Shown here: in pieces, positions 18,685 to 25,927 of the stretch
How the letters are laid out: each line of letters opens with the position of its first letter
Numbering within the stretch: the first letter of the stretch is position 1
IMG/VR virus record: IMGVR_UViG_3300046778_000073
Location: 1 to 25,927 of that record
From: a virus
Lineage: Duplodnaviria > Caudoviricetes
Strand: one strand, 5' to 3'
Length of the DNA stretch: 25,927 nucleotides
Notes under the pieces: generated by a model
Told to the model about the DNA's origin: nothing
The model's input: the letters and a program-made list of their open reading frames with translations, nothing else
Databases searched by the model: none
Position numbers and translations under genes: made by a program

Positions 18685-20486
18685 TGTCAGAAAGAAAAAT
18701 ATCATACGCAGAACGCGAATTCACAGGTTTAAGAAATGAACTTATTGGGTATGTTCAAACTTATTACCCCGACTTAATAACTAATTTTGGTGATGCCGGA
18801 TTATTTTCCGTATTAGTTGATATCAACGCAGCTGTTGCCGATAATTTAAATTTCCACATCGATAGGAGTATCCAAGAAACTTATCTTCAATTCGCACAAC
18901 AAACAAATTCTATTTACAATATCGCCAGGACTTACGGTTTAAAAATACCGGGGAATAGACCATCTGTTGCAGTATGTCAATTTAGTATAAACGTTCCTGT
19001 TGATGGAGATAAAGAAGATGTAAATTATTTAGGTATACTTAAAGCCGGAACTAAAATTAGTGGTGGTGGTCAATCTTTTGAAACACTATCTGACATTGAT
19101 TTCTCATCAACAATTAACTCGAATGGTTATCAAAATAGATTAAAATTACCTATATTCGATTCTAATAATAAAGTTGTATCGTATCAAATAATTAAAACTG
19201 AAGTTGTTGTTAACGGTGAAACAAGAACACTTAGGCAAATCGTAAATACTAATAACGTTAAACCTTTCTATCAGATTATTTTACCTGAAAGAAATGTCCT
19301 ATCTATTAGTTCAATAATTGTCCAAGATGGGACATCAATCACTACAATCCCTGAAGATTCGGTATTTTTCGATGATAATCAAAGATGGTTTGAGGTGGAC
19401 GCTTTAGCTCAACAAAAAATATATATTGAGGATTCTAACTTACCAGTTGTGGATGGTATTAGACAAGGTAAATGGACTAAAACAAATAAAAAGTTCATTA
19501 CTGAATATACCCCAGAAAACTTTATGGTTATTACTTTTGGTGGTTCTGAAACAGATAATGACGCAATTACACAATTTACATTAAACGAATTCAATATTGA
19601 TTATAATGAATTAACAAATAACCCTGTTTTAGGTTTAACCCCAAAAGCGAATACGACAATATTTGTTAAATATAGGGTTGGGGGAGGTCAACAGTCAATC
19701 CTTAACCCTAACACCCTTACAAGGATTACATCCTCTAATCTTGTTATTACGGGTCCAAATTCTACAATTAACACTGCGGTTTCTAACTCATTAAGAGTGA
19801 CAAATGTTACATCTTCATTAGGTGGAGCAAATCAACCTACAATAGAAGAAGCTAGAAACTATATCGGTTTTAATTTCGCGTCGCAGGAAAGGTGTGTTAC
19901 TCTTGAGGATTATGAATCACAAATATTTAAAATGCCGGGTAAGTTTGGAGCACCCTCTAAAGTAAGTGTTACTAAAGCAGGTAATAAGATAAATATAAAT
20001 ATTCTCACTACTGACGTAAATGGTAATTTAAGTAGTAATATTAACTCTAATATCGCAAATAACATCTCAACTTATTTATCGCAATATAGAATGATAAATG
20101 ACTATGTGGTCGTTCAACCAGCTCAAGTCGTGAATATTGGTTTTGTGTTAGATATTCAATATAATAAACAATACCCACCAACTGATTTATCAACATCTAT
20201 TGTAACAAACTTATCAAATATTTTCGATAAATCTAAACTTGCTTTAGGTGATGATGTTTTTCTAGGTACAGTTAAAAATGTTATTATGAATACACCAGGA
20301 GTATTAAACTTAACATCACTTAAAGTATATAATAAAGTGGGTGGTATTTATTCACAAAACACATCAGTTCAAACTGTAGCTTCTGATGGTGAAATACAAA
20401 TAACAGAAGAGGTAATACTTGCAGATGATAATCAAATCTTACAAATATTAAACCCTTCTATCGATATTGTAGTTAGATTAAAATAA
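18684..20486 (+). CDS. Baseplate wedge subunit, T4 gp6 / baseplate J-like
   Basis: ETYLQFAQQTNSIYNIARTYG, YRVGGG and GGANQPTIEEAR...ASQERCVTLEDY. Directly follows gp25. Confidence 0.88.
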   Translation: MSERKISYAEREFTGLRNELIGYVQTYYPDLITNFGDAGLFSVLVDINAAVADNLNFHIDRSIQETYLQFAQQTNSIYNIARTYGLKIPGNRPSVAVCQFSINVPVDGDKEDVNYLGILKAGTKISGGGQSFETLSDIDFSSTINSNGYQNRLKLPIFDSNNKVVSYQIIKTEVVVNGETRTLRQIVNTNNVKPFYQIILPERNVLSISSIIVQDGTSITTIPEDSVFFDDNQRWFEVDALAQQKIYIEDSNLPVVDGIRQGKWTKTNKKFITEYTPENFMVITFGGSETDNDAITQFTLNEFNIDYNELTNNPVLGLTPKANTTIFVKYRVGGGQQSILNPNTLTRITSSNLVITGPNSTINTAVSNSLRVTNVTSSLGGANQPTIEEARNYIGFNFASQERCVTLEDYESQIFKMPGKFGAPSKVSVTKAGNKININILTTDVNGNLSSNINSNIANNISTYLSQYRMINDYVVVQPAQVVNIGFVLDIQYNKQYPPTDLSTSIVTNLSNIFDKSKLALGDDVFLGTVKNVIMNTPGVLNLTSLKVYNKVGGIYSQNTSVQTVASDGEIQITEEVILADDNQILQILNPSIDIVVRLK

Positions 20487-20489
20487 TAT

Positions 20490-21659
20490 CTAATACAACG
20501 TTATAGTCGCATCGTTTATCTCCTCTTCCGTTACTTTAGATAATAACCTTAAAGCAACTCTTTGGGTTGCTTTAGAGATACGATAACCTTTTTTAGTGTA
20601 TTTAACAATCCTATCTATTAAAGACGCTGGAGCCCTTAATTTTTCATTTATAGTAATTTTTTTAGATTTAGCATCCCTAAAAAATTTATCATTGCAAATT
20701 AATTTCCTATCCCTTAAATCCACACCACACATTACACAAGTAAAATCAAATTGATTAATTATAGTATCGATATTACCAAGACTATATTTGGATGGATTAA
20801 TGAATTGAAATTTATGTGTTGATTTAACCGTAAACGTCTTAGCATTACTGGTATTATACCTACATATTAAATCACTACTAAAAATTCCCCCATCCCTTTG
20901 TTTTTCATATAATATATCCATTTCATTAGTTGCCTTATCATAATCACCCTTATTTGAAAACCATATATCGTAATCCACTATTTGCTCATTCAATATAATT
21001 GACGTTAACGCCCCACCAGCAATTATCGCATTATTATTTATTAATATTTTTAACACATCATGGTCAATTCCCTCAACTAATTTTGATATTATCGATGAGT
21101 TTTCAGATTCTAAAAATACATTAATATTCAAATTAATTAAGTCAAATATGTTTGATGTGTAACTTATATCCGATCTATCCCAAACAACCACACACCTATC
21201 ATTCATAATTTGAACAATAAATTTATTAAATTGACTATTATAAGGTAAATTCTTAGAAATTACTAAGTAAAACATATTCCCTTCGTTAATATACCTATCC
21301 CACACACTACTGTCATCAGAAGCTATACACCATTTACTACCCTTACCGTATAATTTCATAGCGTTTACACTATAAATTCTTTTTACGATAAAATCTTCGT
21401 TTTCGTAAATTAAAGCTGAACCACTATTTTTAATAATTTCTTCAGCCTCAGATTCGGATTCTAAACTATCCACATATGATACAAAATGATCTACGGATTT
21501 AAATTTAAAAATATCTCGATATTCAATAGGTATTTTATCATTTAATCTTTTATGTTTATTACACATAAAAACAAGTGAAGGGTGTGTGATATCACCACCA
21601 TTAATAGTTTTTAACCATTTTTTATATTTTGAATCAATTTCTAATGTAAGTATATCCAT
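20490..21659 (-). CDS. Two-domain protein: phage YGxxxKWC domain fused to a Pol-beta-superfamily nucleotidyltransferase (CCA/poly(A)-polymerase-like head)
   Basis: N-half AMKLYGKGSKWCIAS...FYLVISK. C-half AIIAGGALTS...DYDIWF, FDFTCVM and RIVKYTKKGY. Confidence 0.7.
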   Translation of the reverse strand: MDILTLEIDSKYKKWLKTINGGDITHPSLVFMCNKHKRLNDKIPIEYRDIFKFKSVDHFVSYVDSLESESEAEEIIKNSGSALIYENEDFIVKRIYSVNAMKLYGKGSKWCIASDDSSVWDRYINEGNMFYLVISKNLPYNSQFNKFIVQIMNDRCVVVWDRSDISYTSNIFDLINLNINVFLESENSSIISKLVEGIDHDVLKILINNNAIIAGGALTSIILNEQIVDYDIWFSNKGDYDKATNEMDILYEKQRDGGIFSSDLICRYNTSNAKTFTVKSTHKFQFINPSKYSLGNIDTIINQFDFTCVMCGVDLRDRKLICNDKFFRDAKSKKITINEKLRAPASLIDRIVKYTKKGYRISKATQRVALRLLSKVTEEEINDATITLY

Positions 21660-21661
21660 AT

Positions 21662-21829
21662 CTATCTTTTATTATTAAATTTTAAAGTATCTTTGATATT
21701 ATATTCAGTTGAGCTGAATATTGTGTAATTAAGTATATCATTGCTGGTGGTATATTTATAATAATCACCACAATTTTCTTTGCTCTGTATGACAAAGAAT
21801 AATATCGATCCAAATAGTATTGTTTTCAT
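21662..21829 (-). CDS. Small hypothetical protein (55 aa) with a hydrophobic N-terminus
   Basis: Read manually: MKTILFGSILFFVIQSKENCGDYYKYTTSNDILNYTIFSSTEYNIKDTLKFNNKR*. Stop lies 2 nt before the next ATG; not in the track. Confidence 0.55.
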   Translation of the reverse strand: MKTILFGSILFFVIQSKENCGDYYKYTTSNDILNYTIFSSTEYNIKDTLKFNNKR

Positions 21830-21835
21830 AATTTA

Positions 21836-21897
21836 ATAATAGGGAAATTATTTAAAGAAAACAAATTTGGTAGTTACAAATTAACATATTATATTTG
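21836..21897. promoter_or_regulatory. Back-to-back divergent host-type promoters; the plus-strand one matches the Bacteroidota -33/-7 consensus
   Basis: Plus: TTTG (21866-21869)-N20-TATATTTG (21890-21897). Minus: TTGTTT-N17-TATTAT (21864 to 21836). Confidence 0.6.
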
Positions 21898-21900
21898 TAT

Positions 21901-22311
21901 ATGATTAATGAATTAAAAGACAACGATATTAAAATTTTCATTTATGCGGGTAACGCCACTTTCACAATTACCAACACCAAAACAGGTAATCGTTTTACAT
22001 ATAAAGTCCGCAAATCAAAGGATAATGATATTTATTTCGTATCGGTTTTAACGGGTTCCGATAATACAAATGATTATTCATATATCGGATTCATTAAAAA
22101 CGAATTATTTAAAACAAGTAAGAAATCAAAAGTCACTTCGGATTCACCATCCTTTAAAGTCTTTAATTGGTTTATGATTAATATCAATAAAATACCATCA
22201 ATTGTTCAAGTTTTACATGAAGGAAGTTGTGGTAGATGTGGTAGAAAACTTACAACACCTGAATCAATTGAGAGGGGTATTGGTCCAGAATGTGTTAGAA
22301 TAATGAGATAA
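21901..22311 (+). CDS. DUF6011-like zinc-binding protein
   Basis: C-terminal HEGSCGRCGRKLTTPESIERGIGPEC. ATG 21901 is preferred over the track's TTG 21895. Confidence 0.75.
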   Translation: MINELKDNDIKIFIYAGNATFTITNTKTGNRFTYKVRKSKDNDIYFVSVLTGSDNTNDYSYIGFIKNELFKTSKKSKVTSDSPSFKVFNWFMININKIPSIVQVLHEGSCGRCGRKLTTPESIERGIGPECVRIMR

Positions 22312-22344
22312 AAAAAAAGGGATAATTTCTTATCCCTTTTTTTT
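22311..22344. terminator. Bidirectional rho-independent terminator
   Basis: Perfect 15-bp inverted repeat AAAAAAAAGGGATAA-TTTC-TTATCCCTTTTTTTT between convergent genes. Confidence 0.9.
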
Positions 22345-22346
22345 AT

Positions 22347-23357
22347 TTAAGGTGTTATTGAAGATCTCATAGCTTCTAATATTTCAGGACTTATCTCACA
22401 ACTACCAGAACTACACGCTTGAGCTCCCATAGTGTCCATATTAACATATTCAGGTTGTTTAATCGCCACATTAAAATCAAAATCTCTTTGTTTTAATTCA
22501 CGATTAATTCTAACCCATTTATGGTATAAATGTAAGTCTTTAATACATAGTATTGTTTCTTTAATATCACCCTTAAAGAATCTTTTAGCGAATTGTTTAG
22601 CTCTCCTAATCCAATCTTTCTTGATTAGGGCTTCAACTCTAGTTCCTTGTAATTTTAAATCCCTTTTATTGACATAATCACAAGCCTCCCATAAATTACC
22701 ATCGAAAGCGTGTAATCCATCAACAATTAAACCTGACGCAAATAATGACGCATCACCATACTTTTCAAATAACTCTTCAGATGATAATATAGATGTAAAT
22801 GGTGCTTGATTATAATCCTTATCCCCACTTAAAGGTAAAAAAGATACTGCTGCAAAGTCAAATCTATTTTCAAATAAATATTTCTCCACCTCATCATAAT
22901 CACCATAATCCAATTCGACAGTATTTGATACCGAATGTCTTAAAAAAGGTTTAACATTTCTTTCGTGGTTTGTCCCATATTCAATCCAATTATTTTGTAA
23001 TGTCTTAACCACCTCTAATTGCTTTAACCCAATCAAATCCTTTTTAAATTTAGCGTTTTTATTCGCCACAACAGGGATAAATGCAACATAATCTGTTTTA
23101 TTAGAACTCCAAACACTTTCCTCAATAAGATATGGGTGCTCATCTATGAGATATTTACCAATACCAGAAACCTTATTTATTTGCATACATCGAAAATATC
23201 TTGGTGAATGATCCCCATGACAACCACTAGGTGATTTAAGTATAACTGAATTATGTGATACCACACCATTAGATAATTGATATGAGTGTGTATTCTTCAC
23301 CTCTATATCACCTGTATGGAAATTATTTTTATTTAATATTATTTTTTTTATTTTCAT
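22347..23357 (-). CDS. nrdJ: Class II ribonucleotide reductase, C-terminal fragment, preceded by the split-intein C-part
   Basis: After IntC the extein reads SVILKSPSGCHGDHSPRYFR...HSVSNTV...VSFLP...YNQAPF and ends in the redox CxxxxC tail ACSSGSCEI. Confidence 0.9.
   Translation of the reverse strand: MKIKKIILNKNNFHTGDIEVKNTHSYQLSNGVVSHNSVILKSPSGCHGDHSPRYFRCMQINKVSGIGKYLIDEHPYLIEESVWSSNKTDYVAFIPVVANKNAKFKKDLIGLKQLEVVKTLQNNWIEYGTNHERNVKPFLRHSVSNTVELDYGDYDEVEKYLFENRFDFAAVSFLPLSGDKDYNQAPFTSILSSEELFEKYGDASLFASGLIVDGLHAFDGNLWEACDYVNKRDLKLQGTRVEALIKKDWIRRAKQFAKRFFKGDIKETILCIKDLHLYHKWVRINRELKQRDFDFNVAIKQPEYVNMDTMGAQACSSGSCEISPEILEAMRSSITP
23250..23357 (-). mobile_element. Split intein C-fragment (IntC, 36 aa)
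   Basis: MKIKKIILNKNNFHTGDIEVKNTHSYQLSNGVVSHN|S: block F (GDIEV..H.Y), block G terminal His-Asn, Ser at +1. Confidence 0.92.
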
Positions 23358-23362
23358 TTTTT

Positions 23363-24199
23363 TTATTTTCTTTTTATTCTAATTATTTGACCTCTACCTT
23401 TACTATACTGTGGATTTTGTAGTATAAAATCATTAAAAGATAATACTTTCATCTGATTAGGTGTATATTTATATAATTTAACCCCGTCATTATACCATTT
23501 AGCACCCTTATTTTTAATACCACCCCTTTTACCCCTTTCACTTTGCTTTTTTCTCATTTCCTCATCACTTATTCCATTCTTATCGGCATAGTGTTTCGAG
23601 AAAAGACCATGATCCCCACCTTTTTTACATATTTCATACCTTAATAATGGATCATAATACGCACTACTTTGTTTATTTCTCAATGTTTCATGCATTTTTC
23701 GCCTAACTTCTTCACTATACATACCAGTTCCGTTCAATTTATTAACTATTTTAGCCGCCTTACCACCTTTACTACAAACATCCAATTTTTCATGTTCAGT
23801 TAATTTATAAAACCCTAATTTATTGGTGTAAGATAACATTCCATGAAATCTCCTCACCTTAAACATTTTCTCTTTTTCTAATTCATAATCATTAACATTC
23901 TCACTTACGAAATTATAATGTAAATTCAAATAATCTTTCCTATGTACAGCAATATTTAATAATTTTCTTTCATATCGTAAGGTTTCAAACTCACTATCAA
24001 AAATCTTCAATATTTTATATTCAAAATCATCTTTACCATACACATCAATAAATTTTTTTACTAAACTAGATGATGTAAAATAAGTAACCCAAAAATTTTT
24101 AGGGTCAGACTTTTTAGAGTATTTCGCTCCGATATATTTCAATCCTGTTGTTATGTTTTTAATAAAATAAACATAAGGTATTCTGTCATCTTTTTTCAT
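23363..24199 (-). CDS. Free-standing GIY-YIG homing endonuclease (Seg-like) with NUMOD3-like DNA-binding repeats
   Basis: PYVYFIKNITTGLKYIG, YFTSS, conserved E (LRYERKLL) and YLN. C-terminal SEEVRRKMHE and SDEEMRKKQSE repeats plus KWYNDG. Confidence 0.85.
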   Translation of the reverse strand: MKKDDRIPYVYFIKNITTGLKYIGAKYSKKSDPKNFWVTYFTSSSLVKKFIDVYGKDDFEYKILKIFDSEFETLRYERKLLNIAVHRKDYLNLHYNFVSENVNDYELEKEKMFKVRRFHGMLSYTNKLGFYKLTEHEKLDVCSKGGKAAKIVNKLNGTGMYSEEVRRKMHETLRNKQSSAYYDPLLRYEICKKGGDHGLFSKHYADKNGISDEEMRKKQSERGKRGGIKNKGAKWYNDGVKLYKYTPNQMKVLSFNDFILQNPQYSKGRGQIIRIKRK

Positions 24200-24200
24200 A

Positions 24201-24240
24201 TTTGTTAAACCATTTTAATATAAATACATGGTTTAACAAA
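24201..24240 (-). promoter_or_regulatory. 13-bp hairpin abutting the endonuclease start codon, with TATTTATA in the loop
   Basis: TTTGTTAAACCAT (24201-24213) and ATGGTTTAACAAA (24228-24240) are a perfect inverted repeat. The 14-nt loop contains minus-strand TATTTATA (24219-24226). Confidence 0.75.
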
Positions 24241-24250
24241 AAATGATTAT

Positions 24251-25927
24251 TTAATATGAAATAATTTCATCACCATCTAATAATTCATCAACTTTCTTCC
24301 ACCCATTAATAGTTTTTAACTTATGATTACCGGTGAATTTATATATACTACCATCCTCAAATTCAATATCATATACTGGGGTATTACCATTCATATATAA
24401 TGCAGTTATATCTTGTAACTCATTATTTTCGTCAAAAACTTTTAATAAGTTTTTAGGTTTGGCAAAAGTATCATAAATTAAATTGTCAATAATAATCTCT
24501 TCACCCATACAATAATTAAAAACCTCATTTAATGTCATATCACCTAATTCAGTTTTTATTTTAGTGTCAAATGTCGTGCATGAATTTCCTGATGGTTTGC
24601 AGGTTGTGGCCCTAGACGCTGGGTTAATTTCTATAATACTGGCAAGTTCTCTATTTACCTCTTTTATAATTTCAGCACCTTTTCTTTGTATATCAGGATT
24701 CATCATAATATGGGGATTTGACATCCAACCTGTGAATGAACAACCTAATAACGCTTCACGCTCAAATAATTCTCTAGTTGTCTTATTAACGTATTTAAAA
24801 TTAGTATATCCGGCTTGTAACGTACCTAGTATTGATAATGAACGACAAGCCTCATAAAATTTTTCTTCCGTATTACAAGCACTACCATTACCTTCTGTTA
24901 AATTACATCCCTGCCAACCTGTTCTACCATCTTCCAACATAGGGAAAAATCGAATCTCAACACATGGGTTACTAACCTCATCATAATCACTTACAAAAAG
25001 AAATCCTGGTTCACCATACTCCTTAATTTTAGAAAATACATTATTAAAATCACTATCACTTATTTCATCTCTCTTCAAAACAACAGAATTATTAGACCTA
25101 GCTCTTTGTGGATTATCGTAATACCAATTACCAATTTTAGCGTTCATCATTTCATCGTCATCATAACTAAAAAAGCAAATTGTCGCACTCCTTCGTACCC
25201 CTCCTGACAATACGGCATCTGCCATATGCATAACAAAATCATACGCAGTTATACTTTTAATTCTAAACCCACCATTATTTATTAACTTCTCTAATAGTTC
25301 CTCACATTTTAATAATGATTTTCTTAAACCCTCAGGTCCTGGAGCTTTAAAACCACCGGAAATCATAGCACCCTCAGGTCTTATTAAACTTAAATCAAAT
25401 CTTATTTCATATCCTTCATACTCAGGAAATGACGATTCACCCTCATCACTCACATATGATGATATTAAAATACCAAAAGCATCTGACCACCCTTCAATAC
25501 TATCAGGAACAATAAATGTCTTAACACCTTTTATTCTTTTACCGATATTAGGTAATTTATCAATGTGTCGTTTTTGAACAGAAAATCCTAACCCACAACC
25601 ATTTAATAAAAAAAACATTACTTCCTGAAATGCACTTATTTTATCTAAATAACCACCAACACAATTGTACATCTTAGTCTCATGCTTTAAAATAGGATCA
25701 CCACCAAACTGTAACGCCCTTTGTGATCCTAATACCAATTTATTTTTATAAGCGCTAGTTGCCTCATTAAATAATTCCATAAATCTCGGATTACTTAAAT
25801 ATTTAGAATATTTTGTTTTATGCATATCCATCACCCTATCAACCGATTCATCCCAAGTCTCAGTCCTATTCTCATCGTCAATCCATCTCGAATAATCTAA
25901 ATAATATTTTAAATCACTCGCCAATTG
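24251..25927 (-). CDS. nrdJ: Class II (adenosylcobalamin-dependent, RTPR-type) ribonucleotide reductase, N-terminal fragment plus IntN; 5' end probably beyond the window
   Basis: RTETWDESVDRV, MYNC, GGVRRSA, SNPCVEI (thiyl-radical Cys), GCNLTE and TTCKPSGN. The frame is open to the window edge, so the track's TTG start is probably not the true start. Confidence 0.92.
   Translation of the reverse strand, partial: QLASDLKYYLDYSRWIDDENRTETWDESVDRVMDMHKTKYSKYLSNPRFMELFNEATSAYKNKLVLGSQRALQFGGDPILKHETKMYNCVGGYLDKISAFQEVMFFLLNGCGLGFSVQKRHIDKLPNIGKRIKGVKTFIVPDSIEGWSDAFGILISSYVSDEGESSFPEYEGYEIRFDLSLIRPEGAMISGGFKAPGPEGLRKSLLKCEELLEKLINNGGFRIKSITAYDFVMHMADAVLSGGVRRSATICFFSYDDDEMMNAKIGNWYYDNPQRARSNNSVVLKRDEISDSDFNNVFSKIKEYGEPGFLFVSDYDEVSNPCVEIRFFPMLEDGRTGWQGCNLTEGNGSACNTEEKFYEACRSLSILGTLQAGYTNFKYVNKTTRELFEREALLGCSFTGWMSNPHIMMNPDIQRKGAEIIKEVNRELASIIEINPASRATTCKPSGNSCTTFDTKIKTELGDMTLNEVFNYCMGEEIIIDNLIYDTFAKPKNLLKVFDENNELQDITALYMNGNTPVYDIEFEDGSIYKFTGNHKLKTINGWKKVDELLDGDEIISY
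24254..24580 (-). mobile_element. Split intein N-fragment (IntN, 109 aa)
   Basis: Starts at Cys1 (KPSGNS|CTTFDTKIKT), has block B TxxH (KFTGNHKL), and ends GWKKVDELLDGDEIISY-stop with no endonuclease domain. Confidence 0.92.

Noticed and set aside
23358-24250. Group I intron, or read-through fusion making a contiguous intein with an internal endonuclease
   Set aside because: The endonuclease is in frame with IntN but three TAA stops intervene, and IntC is in another frame. The 51-nt and 5-nt gaps leave no room for an intron core.
581-24857. Short shadow ORFs in the track (581, 4367, 9714, 10546, 12266, 13242, 13787, 16990, 19409, 22432, 24564)
   Set aside because: Each lies entirely within a longer, better-supported gene, antisense or in another frame, and has no recognisable motif.
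22347-25927. nrdJ pseudogene
   Set aside because: All catalytic motifs are intact, and the break falls exactly at the usual intein split point.
1-25927. Alternative genetic code (TAG/TGA recoding as in some large phages)
   Set aside because: Long ORFs tile the window in the standard code, and TAG (5989, 6659, 12031) and TGA (1673) end genes right beside the next start or promoter motif.
1-25927. tRNA or rRNA genes
   Set aside because: Intergenic gaps are short and AT-rich, and I saw no cloverleaf or T-loop signature.

Overview
Very AT-rich fragment of a large T4-like contractile-tailed (myovirus) phage genome, probably infecting Bacteroidota. It uses the standard code. Left to right: (1) the 3' end of a small gene followed by a 36-nt repeat / 30-nt spacer / repeat unit, where the first repeat lies inside the coding sequence; (2) a MORN-variant gene; (3) a minus-strand accessory cluster (RuvC-like resolvase, HAD hydrolase, Hc1-like basic protein, DUF1360-like membrane protein, tail-tube paralog); (4) about 15 kb of minus-strand baseplate/virion genes transcribed away from gp25-like and gp6/J-like genes; (5) a two-domain nucleotidyltransferase and a DUF6011-like gene; (6) a class II (B12-dependent) ribonucleotide reductase fractured into two genes. 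Each RNR half carries half of a naturally split intein (109 aa IntN, 36 aa IntC). A free-standing GIY-YIG homing endonuclease sits between the halves, preceded by a 13-bp hairpin whose loop holds the putative late-promoter motif TATTTATA. All family calls come from motif recognition by eye; no searches were run.
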